Of a DNA stretch of 64,000 nt, positions 54,006 through 64,000 are shown one piece after another. The stretch is from Vezdaea acicularis. Taxonomy: Eukaryota. A program made the position numbers and the translations under genes. The notes beneath the pieces are model-generated. The model saw only the letters and a list, made by a program, of their open reading frames with translations. It was not told where the DNA came from and ran no database searches. The stretch covers positions 1-64,000 of the forward strand of contig JAPEUI010000072.1 in assembly GCA_026025075.1 (NCBI GenBank), given 5' to 3'. Numbering within the stretch: position 1 is the stretch's first letter; each line of letters starts with the position of its first letter.

Positions 54006-54700
54006 TCAGGTCTCCACAAGGGTTTTCAGGGCCTTTTCATGCTTCCTTTTATCCAGAAGGCTTCTTTGCTACTTTGAACATGCTCTCTGGGTCTGTGAAT
54101 TCAACCTCTATAAGAAAAGCGTTCGAGAGCGCCATACTATAGCCCAGGAATAGAAACGCAAATCTCCTCGAAAACACTATGGAAATGCATGCCTTGTGAT
54201 ATTGATTTGAAACTATCCACCGTTGGAATAGTAGTCGAATAGGCCGTTTACAGAGGTACAAGTCTTAAAGATTGTTAGCTCGGGCAGAGTGGCAACCCCA
54301 GCACCGACGAAATAGTGCGGGAGACGATTTGTCGGTGCAGTGGTTTCCCCCTGCCCGTGTTAACAGTCATTAAGGCCTGTACCTCCATAGACGATCTCAG
54401 GGGACGCGAGAGAGGAGTCGCTGAAGCTCGTGCGAGTGCAGAAGACTGATGGCTTCGATGAGAAACTATGCAACAATGTTTTCATGGCTAGGAAAAAATA
54501 GCATCTAATAGTCATAGTCAACTACCGATGTAAAATGAAATGTAGAAAATATGTACAGATTGCTCGGAGGTTTCTTTCGACAGCGGCTAGCTTGACTACA
54601 CGTGACTGAGAGCTTAACCTTCTTTACAAGCGGCCTTAACACAAAACATCTCTCAACCAAGGACTAGCCCCTCCTTCATTCTGCGTCCAACATCATCACA

Positions 54701-55424
54701 ATGGCAGCCGGAGTAAGTTTAAATCATCAATGTGACAATCATGAACAAAGTCATAGAGTGAAGACCTAACAATCGCTCCCCTACAGCGCAGCGCAGCACT
54801 GAAGATCGACTGGTCGAAGCTCAGCACCTCCCTCGGATTGAAGGGCCAAACCGCCGCATCCCTCCAAGCCTTCAAAAAGCGTAATGATGACGCACGGCGA
54901 AAAATACAAGCTCTTTCTACCCAGGCCGACTCCGTCGACTTCGCGTATTATCGTGCCAATCTAAAGAACCAGGCCGTGGTTAACGAGATCGAGAACCACG
55001 TCAAGAACTTTAAGCCAAAGACATATGATGTCAACAAACAGATAAAAGCAATCGAGCAGTTTGAGGCACAAGCTTTGAAAAATGCAGAGGAGACGAAAGG
55101 GATGGTCGACAAAGAGTTGGCGGATCTGGACAAGACCTTGAAGAATATTGAGCAGGCAAGGCCGTTTGAGGATCTTACAGTCGTATGTGTTCTTTGCGAT
55201 GGATTACAGTATTCGAGGTCTCAAGGATCAACTAATTGCAATTGAATTTTAGGACGAAGTTGTCGCCGCTCGACCAGATATCGACGAGCGAACGTCCCAG
55301 CTTGTTTCAAAGGGACGATGGTCTGTACCAGGTTACAAGGTTTGCATCCGTTATCTCATACATTCGTCCTCTTATTATGCTAATAGCTTGGTAGGAGAAA
55401 TTTGGCGATCTTTCGGTCCTATAG
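54701..55424 (+). CDS. ATP7: Mitochondrial ATP synthase subunit d (4 exons)
   Basis: [16 protein letters not shown]...[13 protein letters not shown]...[16 protein letters not shown]...[24 protein letters not shown]...[18 protein letters not shown]. Confidence 0.95.
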
Positions 55425-56317
55425 AATCTGTTGGGAGGCAGAGGGATCCGCTATCGAGCAAATGCCACGTATATATCTCAATGGCGACTGCAGGGAGCTA
55501 TCTCTAGGGCCGTGGATCCTTTGGATTCTTTGTATTCTAAAATAATAGCGCATTCAAAAGGTCGAATGATTCGAAGGCTATCGAGCTTCTCCCTGAGTTA
55601 GCGTGATATGCTATGCATGACAGGATCAAGTGCACGGGAAATAGCTATATCACATCTCGTACCCTTTACTACCCTTCAATTACTCATGTTAGCATCCAGA
55701 ACCATCTCCAAATCGTAACAGAATGTAATTGGAGTTACCGAGCTCCAGGAGAGGGCATAAGCAAAAGCTAGCAAATATAGTAACATCACAAGCTTTCTAT
55801 CAATGTGTAAGCTTATGTAAGCATGAGGGCCCCTTCATAAAATTTAACAGGTGACCTAGATATCCTGAAATCACAAGGAGCAGGGGTGCTGGAAGATAAT
55901 CGTAGAAAACTTGGTATTGGCGTCATTTAGCCTTCAATCCAGTATGGGGTTGCACTGTAAACATATTCGCGCCATAGAGTTTTCGTCAAGGGTAATATCT
56001 ATCTGAAAGGATAGAGCAATGACAGACGAGGCGCCTCTGCGGCTGAGGAATACTACGCAGATTACTGGTAGATATACATATGAAGGTATGGAATACGTTC
56101 TTCCGGAAGACATTGGGCCGTAGCTATAGGGACATACTAGGCGCAGAGAAACGATTTCAATCCAGGCATATCCGGGTACAAACTCACTGTTGACGACAGA
56201 AATTATGTAGATGTTCCCAATACGCTGAAGACATGATGATTTTGGTTGAGCTATGCTAGGTACCGAAGAATACCGGCGAGAAGTTCATCATTCCTTTCCC
56301 ATTATATCTTCAATGAC

Positions 56318-56972
56318 CTAAGCTTTTGCCGAAGCCCGCACCTTGGCAAGAGATTTTCGTATTTCGAATCGAGACTATCGACATAACATTAGCTATTGTA
56401 CATCAAGGATCAGATAGCACATATATCCAAGTATCTCGTATTAGGTTGTGGCCTAAACCCCTTTAGGTTTCTAACCCAGCCCTGCACTTCGCTCACCCAA
56501 CAAGACAAAATCCTAAACATACCTGTTTCTTCAATCTCAGAACCTTGAACCTCTCGAAGTCTGTGAGCGCTTTCCTGCGATCCTGCTGTTTTCGCTTCTT
56601 TGCCCAGGAATTCTCTTCCCACTTCTTGTCCACGCCGGCTTCTTCCCACTTCGTCTTCAACGGGCCAGTGCCAACTGATCGTGGTAGCTTCTCGATTACG
56701 ATAGGTGTAAGGATGATATGGGCAAGGGGTGCGGCATGTCGAGGTACGACCCTTTTAGGATCTTTGGATGGGCCATCAACGAGAACCTAGGGCCAAATGT
56801 GTCAGTCATGGTGGGGTCGAGGGAAGTTGAATAGTACAAAACGTACACGCTTGTGGTCTATAATCTCGACTATTGTAGCCAGCTTGGTGTGATGAGCACC
56901 GCTCGTGAAGAGGACGACACGGCCGACTTCAACGTGCCTCCATTGTGAAGCTTTGACCTCAGCGTCACCCAT
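56318..56972 (-). CDS. RPL14: 60S ribosomal protein eL14 (introns 56787-56846 and 56375-56522)
   Basis: Manual splicing gives [22 protein letters not shown]...[18 protein letters not shown]...[46 protein letters not shown]; the true frame is not in the ORF track. Confidence 0.96.
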
Positions 56973-57249
56973 GTCGATGATTGCCTTTGTTCAAATTCAA
57001 CGTGAGGTCAGGCACCAAGACACCAGTGAGGGTACTGAGGAAAGAAACTTGAGAAAGTGACCGTTTCGATAGATCGTTGGGTAGAAATGTTCGACTCCGT
57101 TTACATGTATCCGCAGTCGCGCTAACCGCTTCGAGTCGAATTTCGTAGTGGGAGGACTGCTATTTTCTTGCCGAAGGTAGGGTTTCTGCGAAACGACGCT
57201 AATAGTCGGGCCACGTGATACAAGAAATACTCGCGTGTAGCTCCGGAAT

Positions 57250-57790
57250 TCGCCCTTCAAACTCAGCAGACTTTACAAACTAACCGCTTCAGCAGGTGGC
57301 TGTTCACCTGGTATGTAATTATCTCTTCCCTGTCCTTTCGTGCCTTCGATGTCTGCCTTTACGATGATGCTATAATTTGCGATTGACCTTCGACTCCGGA
57401 AACTCACGCCTGGGTTTCTCAACGGAGCGAGGGAAGTGAAATTCAATATCTTACATATTCTGATGTCCCCTTCGAAGTTCCAGTCGTAGATTTATTGTAA
57501 TTAATATCTAGGGTACTTTGCTAACACCGAAATGATTTCACAGGCCTAACACTTAAGGGATCAAATGATATTGGATTAACGGGCAACCAATGACGGTATT
57601 GTATATGCGGCTTGCGTCCACATTCGAAGAGAGTTGCAGCATGGGTACATCAACTTTGTAGTAGAGGATCTATATATGGTGGCTAGGAGGTAACTATGCC
57701 AGCTTGCTCAAAATGGCTGTCTCTTACTGTAAGCTTCTTTTCTAAAACTTCGTTTGCACCCCCTCCGTCCAATGATTATAAACACAAGCA
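57250..57790 (+). ncRNA. Putative spliced non-coding snoRNA host transcript (ends approximate)
   Basis: Donor GTATGT at 57311, branch GCTAAC at 57520, acceptor CAG at 57543; flanking exons contain no meaningful ORF. Confidence 0.65.
57361..57466 (+). ncRNA. Intronic box C/D snoRNA, U16(SNORD16)/snR87-like, with two guides
   Basis: C box ATGATGC 57364-57370; guide TAATTTGCG 57373-57381; D' TTGA 57383-57386; long internal hairpin; guide TCTTACATATT 57449-57459; D box CTGA 57460-57463; lies inside GT-AG intron 57311-57543. Confidence 0.85.
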
Positions 57791-58199
57791 CTAGATAGTA
57801 AGTGATCTCTCTACGAGAATGAGCATATCTGTACACCAAGATCACTGAGGACAATTCATAAACACCCCTTTGAAATATCGAATCAAGTCATCGATTGATA
57901 CTGACTCTTGCAGGTTTTAGGTCTCTCTCGTAGCTTCAAATTATCTCTACTATCATGAAGCAAGCATTTACCCGTGCCATACATTCCACTGTACGAGTAT
58001 ATGCTTATTTGCTCGCTCAAACAGCTGTGTGAAGGTGCTGTTCAAACTTGCAAATTCAACGCCGAGACCTACCATGCTGCCCAAACCTTGCGATGCTAAG
58101 AAGTATCGAAAGACCTCTACGCATATCTTATGCCAAGCCCCCGACCAGAGCAATTCTGCACTAGAATCTCCTCGTAGGAGCCCATGGTATCTCAGTATG

Positions 58200-59561
58200 T
58201 CAATTTGCGTTGTAATTCTGATCTTCTGCCAACGGATACTCTTTCCCAGCGTGCTCTGAAAACCAGAAGTTCCCAGAGTTGTTTCGAGTTGTAAACGGGG
58301 AAGTTAGGTTCATCTTTTCATCTACTATGCCAATCTTCCTTAGATCAAAGAGCTGTGGCACTCCGCAAATATCGTGGTGCCTATTCTCTAGGATAGCGCG
58401 AACTTTGATTGCCTTACGCTCCTCCATTGGTGCCGAATGCCTTTCCTCCCAATCACTACGCTGCTGAACCCATTGCCATAAACGTGGGTCTAGCCAATCT
58501 TGATCGTTTGGGAACCGCCTTGTGAGCCGCGCGCCAGAGAAATCTGTCTCAATAGGACGAGAGCTTGGGGAGCCTACAATCCATAGTGTCTCTTGGAGTC
58601 TGTAGGCCGTTGCTCGGCGAGCCAACACGCACAGGACATCCAGATTACAACCACCTTCCGTAAGCGCAAGCAAGATGTGGTCGATAGTGCAGCTTAGGCC
58701 AAAGTAATGAAAACTATCCAGCAAGTAAGCCACTATTTCCCCCTTGCCCTCTATGATTGCATCCTTCAACCCCTGCTCAACAATTTCTCCGTTCGTAGAT
58801 GATTCGCCGAACGGCTTGAAGATCTTCCCGTCTTTAGGTACTTGCTTTTCGAATCCTTGGGTAACATAGTGAAGCATCCAGGCCTTCTCGCGTGTCCATG
58901 AACCGTGAAGAAGGCGACTAGGAAATAGCGTGCCGCCAGCGAATTGGATGAAGTCTCTACCGCTCAATTTACATATCTCATCTCTGAGTTTGTGATATCT
59001 AGCTTGGGTAAGATAACGTCGACTGAGGACGGCAGATTGCTCCACAGAATCTCCATGGATCTCATCCCGGAACGCGTTAATACAAAAAGAGAATCTGATG
59101 TGGTCATTCGAGAGGTTTTGAAGCACCCTCTTAGATACGAAGGGAAGGTCCGCATTCATAGATTCGAGAAAGATCTTCTGTAAGATCTCAATCGGCAGCC
59201 GCTCCAGATGTGAGAGCTCCCTTTCCTCCATTTTCTCAGCTCGTCTTGCCTTCTCTGCTGATCTAGAGGGTTTTATCTTCTTCGTCGAACTTCTGCAAGA
59301 GCTATATGACGCGCTGCTCGATCGAGATGATGAAGCAAGAGGTTTCCGAGGTCGCCCCGGTCGTCGCTTGATGCTTTGCTTGTTCTCTGCGGTAACCGCA
59401 GCCAGGCCAGCAATCGACTGATCTCGATTGGTCTTGCCGCTAACTTTGATGGGCGTCAACATACTGAAAACCGTCTTCTCTCGCCCGTCTTCTCTCGCAT
59501 GACAAGGGTATGAGCCTAGTAAGAGTCTTGGTACTCGAGCGGACCTGGAGCTCCGATGCAT
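58200..59561 (-). CDS. Hypothetical protein with an AT-hook-like motif and an F-box-like motif (start may be the ATG near 59462)
   Basis: Uninterrupted ~450-codon ORF; KRRPGRPRKP; LSHLERLPIEILQKIFLESMNADLPFVSKRVLQNLS. Confidence 0.7.
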   Translation of the reverse strand: MHRSSRSARVPRLLLGSYPCHAREDGREKTVFSMLTPIKVSGKTNRDQSIAGLAAVTAENKQSIKRRPGRPRKPLASSSRSSSASYSSCRSSTKKIKPSRSAEKARRAEKMEERELSHLERLPIEILQKIFLESMNADLPFVSKRVLQNLSNDHIRFSFCINAFRDEIHGDSVEQSAVLSRRYLTQARYHKLRDEICKLSGRDFIQFAGGTLFPSRLLHGSWTREKAWMLHYVTQGFEKQVPKDGKIFKPFGESSTNGEIVEQGLKDAIIEGKGEIVAYLLDSFHYFGLSCTIDHILLALTEGGCNLDVLCVLARRATAYRLQETLWIVGSPSSRPIETDFSGARLTRRFPNDQDWLDPRLWQWVQQRSDWEERHSAPMEERKAIKVRAILENRHHDICGVPQLFDLRKIGIVDEKMNLTSPFTTRNNSGNFWFSEHAGKEYPLAEDQNYNAN

Positions 59562-60397
59562 CAAAGTCCAAAAAATATCTAAGCGAGGGCGGTGGTAGAC
59601 GGCAGAATTCTATTTTGCCAAATCGTGTCTAGCGCGAATGCCGGATGTGTAGTATTTAGATTAGAAAAAACGCCGTCACCCGGAGTAGCCTGAACTACTC
59701 GCTACGGACATCATCCGCACCTTACTGGGCCAATACGAAGGTGAGCCAGTGGTCATTGCTCGGCTGTGATTTGAAGGATTTTCGGTGCGACGTCAATTTC
59801 ATTCCATTGGCGGGGACTTACCGCGCTATACTCCTAGCGCGTGTCGCTCCGCAGCTCAAACCTTGCATTCAGTGGCTGGTGCGCTTGATTTGCGCCACAA
59901 CGCCACCGCGATCGGCCATTCGGCGTTGCGCATGACGTAGAAATCCTGATTTCCTGCGATTTCCTGCGTTTCACTGATGCCACACCCATGCCGTTCTCTC
60001 CGTTGCGGGCCCCTCCCAAGACACCTTTCGGGCGGCTGTTACGTCAGAGTTAGACAGGGAAGGGTGAAGCAAGTAGATGCGCATATAGATCCGGCATGGA
60101 TGGGGAGATTGAAGGCGCGTCGATGACGTCGAGGTAAAACGATAGCCACAGTATAAGTTAAGCGAACGTCCGCCGCTGTAAATCGCAACATTCTCACATA
60201 GTATTCAACTCGCTATCACCAGTCTACAATTGTTACTTCTCCAAGTTGAGTGAGCTGAAACGTAAAACTCTCAAATAACACTCATCGACCTGTAATCTCC
60301 TCCTCGGTTTGCAGTCCACGATACGTTGCAAGTGCAGCCTCCTCCAAATTTCAAAACATACAAACAACCATAATTTTCACCTCTTAAATCAATAGAT

Positions 60398-60654
60398 ATG
60401 GGTGCCGTTGTCTCTTGCGTAAGCTACATCTTAAACCGATGCTTCACGATCTGAACTGACCATCCCCATAGCTCGAAGGCATCTGCCGCACTATTGGCAG
60501 CGTTTTAATGGCCATCGTCAACGGAATCGGCGCGATCCTCCAAGCTATCATCTCTGGAATCGTTTCTTTCTTCGATATAATCATCTCCTGCCTCACCTGT
60601 GGCCGCGGTGGTGGTCGTTCCAGACGGGCAAGAGGTACGAGAAGTGGGATTTAG
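60398..60654 (+). CDS. 67-aa hydrophobic microprotein (exons 60398-60418 and 60472-60654)
   Basis: Canonical intron GTAAGC...ACTGAC...TAG (60419-60471); spliced product MGAVVSCLEGICRTIGSVLMAIVNGIGAILQAIISGIVSFFDIIISCLTCGRGGGRSRRARGTRSGI. Confidence 0.85.
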
Positions 60655-61172
60655 TGCGACATACACATGAATGGAGCGGCCATGTGAAGGGCAGTGTTGG
60701 TGCACCGGAATGAATGATGTTGGGACTTTTAGGGAAAACTCATATCTGGGATCGTTGTGAAGGATCTGAGCTTTGTGGTGCCTTTCTCACTTGCATTAGC
60801 ATGATAATGAAATACCCCATTTGACTTTTCTCGAATCTCACGTTGCCCGCTGGGTGACTATCGAAACAATATGCTCATTGAACGTCAATTTGAGGGATGA
60901 ACCCTTTCTTGTGTTCTGTGATGCTAAGAATCTATCTATTTAATACTCGTTCTTAGAATCATATATGTCATAGAGGACATGATGGAGAGTTTTTGCGCGA
61001 CTGGCAGGTTCTTTACCCCCATCGCTATAATGAACGTCTTGAGCCATCGTCTACGGATCCAGCCAGAGACTATTTCTCAACTCAAGGAATTATTATACAA
61101 TAAGTTTGATAGACATGAAAAAGGGAACCCCGCAACGATAAATTTTGGACACTAAGAAATGAATGTGACGAA

Positions 61173-62318
61173 CTACTGTCCAGCAGCAGTGGGTGGATAC
61201 TCCCAATGTCTTAACATTTGATTGAGTGCTCGAGTCCACTCGGAAGCCAAAGTGTGTGCTAGTTGGGACACGGCAGGAGCCGTAGGCGTACGGTTTCCCC
61301 ACATCTCGGGCTTATTTGCCATCCAACTGGCGTACTTTGAGATCAGCCCCCTGCAGGTACGGTCAGATCTACAGCCCCGAGATTGGGAGAGAAGGGGAAA
61401 GGTTCCAACGGCTTACTCTTGCTGTATTTTCACTAATACCAACCAACAGTAGTTCCAGCTCCGGGAGCTTGCAGAGTCTTCTATCACTTTCCACTTAGAC
61501 TCATCTAGGCACTCCGAACTAAATGGGTAGCTTTTTGTTAGAGCGCGTAGCTCGTTCAGAAGATTGTTCGAATTGACGTAGTGCGCCCAGGCAGTGGTCA
61601 GCGCCTCATTAACTGTTCGATCATTGGCGTACGAGAAGGCTTTCTCAATACGGCGAAGCTCTGTAAGGGTGTTGATGCGGTGTGTCTTTAGTGAATTGAT
61701 AAGCTGCTCTCTCTCGGTCTACGACACGTAAGCGTTAGTAATCATAAGTCACTTGCCGAAGCGAGAAAGAGAAAATCATCAAGAATGTGGATTTTTGAAA
61801 GCGGAAGTGCCTCAAAATTCATATCTCAAAGTAGAAAGATATCAATTGATAAGGTATGGACTCACTTGAGACATGGTTTGAGGATTACTCATAGTGGCTG
61901 GTATACCAACTGGATAGGCTCTTGGGCCTGGAAAATCAAAGTTTTGGAATTCTCTCTCTCTTGACAAAGAACCTTGCTGTGACGGTCTTGTCGAGCCGTG
62001 CCTACTTCGCCTACCCGTAGTACGCTTCGGTTCCTGGAAAATGACTTCAACGGGTGGTTGCTGGGATAGCTGCTGCCCGAGCTGGAGATCTGAGAAGAGA
62101 TCAGGCGTGTAAAAGGTGGACTGCGATATCCCTGCGATGCTAGTTGCGTCTGTGAAGGATACTGTTACGGGCGTTACTGGGCTCGAACTAGAGCCGCTTG
62201 AAGGTGTTGTGGGTACTGATAGATATTGAGATATAGCTTGAGTGTTTCTCTGTCTATTTGCCTGGTTTTGTTGACTGCTTGAGCTGTAGTCTGAAGGGTT
62301 GTAGTACTGGTAGGACAT
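61173..62318 (-). CDS. Hypothetical protein, 3 exons (introns 61719-61865 and 61351-61416)
   Basis: Splicing extends ORF 61842-62318 into a helical, Trp-rich domain: TEREQLINSLKTHRINTLTELRRIEK...AWAHYVNSNNLLNELRALTKSYPFSSECLDE...SRSWNYCWLVL...PEMWG...EWTRALNQMLRHWEYPP. Confidence 0.85.
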
Positions 62319-64000
62319 TTTGAACTAGGGGGACCCTGCAGCATACTAAATAGTATTGCGACAACCGTGACTTCCGGGTAAGGCCTGTAGTGCTTACACG
62401 CACGTCCAGGGGGTGGTGGAGTTCTAGAAGCAAGAAAGAGGCAATGGAGAAGATCAGTGTGATAGAGAGTTCGTATTGCATGAACGGATGCAACTTGATG
62501 AACGAGCAGATTTGAAATGCAAGAAATAGTCGTTGCTTTTGCCTTCCAAAACGAAAGGCATGATGGTGCAGCGAGATTTAACAGTCTTTAAGGATCATCT
62601 GAGTCTGGCTGTGAAGCAATTTCTCTTCACCAACACAAGCCCTGATGATGGTTCTCACAATAAGCTCCAGGATCAATCGGCCTTCCTTCGACGTAGAGAG
62701 CCTGCTATGCCTCTTACGATCACGTCCCCGTGGCGCGTAGAAGCTGGAACGAGGGTGTGGCTGAAGTAAGATGAGGCAGAGGCACGGGCTTGGACCCAGA
62801 AGGAGATCATGATTGGCGAATTTGGGAGTGAAGTTGAAGCTCTATGAATCCGGAAGATTTTGAGTCCGGGAGAGCAGCCGTTTGGTAGTAAGAACTCAGC
62901 TGTGAGAGGACAACGTAAGGCTCCCCAAACATCAGCGCGAGGTTGATTCCACCCAGGTCGGAGGGAAGCCTTAGGACAGCTGTAGCAATAGTGCAAGTCA
63001 GACGGCGGCTACAAAGGCCCGGAACGGCACGTAGATGACGGACGAGAGCCTGGAGAAAGGGATCCTTTGGTACTCCAGTGAACCGACCAAATTGGCTCAG
63101 CCGCATGCAGAAAGGTGCGCCTGTGTTAGGAAAGCGGGCTGGACAGTAACAAGGTCACACCATGTGCGATTATGCGATAGATGTTCAAGCGAGTGTGGAA
63201 CAGAGGAAGTGTTGACAGTCGCAGAGTATGATTTTTGCATGTTGAAGTTCAAATGGGTAATAGGTGCAAGGCGCAGGGCTGCAGGAGTCGCTTAGCGCTT
63301 ACGCGAACCGTTATTTTGGGCCATCGCTTAATCGCCCGAGGCAAAAGGAGGCATTGCTTCGCTGAGTCGGATCTCAGCAAATGCACCGAAGCAAGCATCG
63401 AAATCAGACTCACTTCGTCATGAATGGCAGCAAAAGATGCTTATCCGGTGCCGGGTCATCGGAAGTCGTGGGCAGTGGGTAACCAAAAGGGGGACTATCG
63501 ACTGAAGTGATGCGATCGCCTGGCCGGTGTCTTCACTTGGCGTTGCAAACAAACTATCTTGATGCTGTCATCAAATGTAATCTTGCGAACATTCAATGAT
63601 CCGCAGCTATCCCCATTTGGAAAGCCCCATGGTCAACCAGCCCGGATGATAAGCGCGGGAACGGGGAGAGGGCAGCGGGCAGCGGGCAGCGGGGTCTTCC
63701 GCCACTCCCTCCGTCGCATCGCGCAAAGACTGCAACTCTAACTGTGCGGTAACGGGGGGCGCGCAAGAGAAGGGATTTGCGGGTTGTTCGTCGGACGTCA
63801 GACCCAAGTAGCAGAACCGCGAGGGATCGACGTAGGTGCCAGCGGTAGGGCTGAGTCAATGTATAGCAGGGTTTACATGTGCCCAGCACATTGAACATGC
63901 ACCTCTTGCTTCCTCGTGGCGTTTAGAAATATTACGGATCGCTGCGCTGAGTGGGGAGGCTCCCTTTGCCTTGCACCGTGGTTTTGATCAGTGGAACGCA

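Noticed and set aside
56232..56290. ATGATGA C-box-like motif
   Set aside because: No D box at a suitable distance and no recognisable guide; it lies antisense to the RPL14 3' region
62500..64000. Short ORFs at the right end of the window
   Set aside because: No motifs or coherent exon structure; probably intergenic or promoter sequence

Overview
Eukaryotic genomic DNA from a filamentous ascomycete (Pezizomycotina-type genes, short GT-AG introns with CTRAY branch points). Gene-dense housekeeping blocks (about 11.6-25.8 kb and 37.5-62.3 kb) alternate with long GC-rich, apparently non-coding domains around two regulators: an Ecl1-family gene and a C2H2 transcription factor. Recognisable genes are ECL1-like, ARG4, SIW14-like, HLJ1, SGO1, DAD2, a TPX2-motif protein, VFA1-like, a C2H2 TF, YVH1, NDC1, a PEP12/VAM3-like syntaxin, CYT2, MVD1, PDH1, tRNA-Lys(UUU), SMC5, EGD2, ATP7, RPL14, an F-box-like/AT-hook protein, a spliced 67-aa microprotein and a spliced hypothetical protein. 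The main hidden feature, absent from the ORF track, is a spliced non-coding host gene divergent from RPL14. Its intron carries a U16/snR87-like box C/D snoRNA with a second guide complementary to 25S rRNA. Also notable are a 624-nt HLJ1 intron that may hold an alternative first exon and an SGO1-DAD2-TPX2-like segregation triplet with cell-cycle promoter motifs. All identifications come from manual translation and recalled family motifs; no searches were run.
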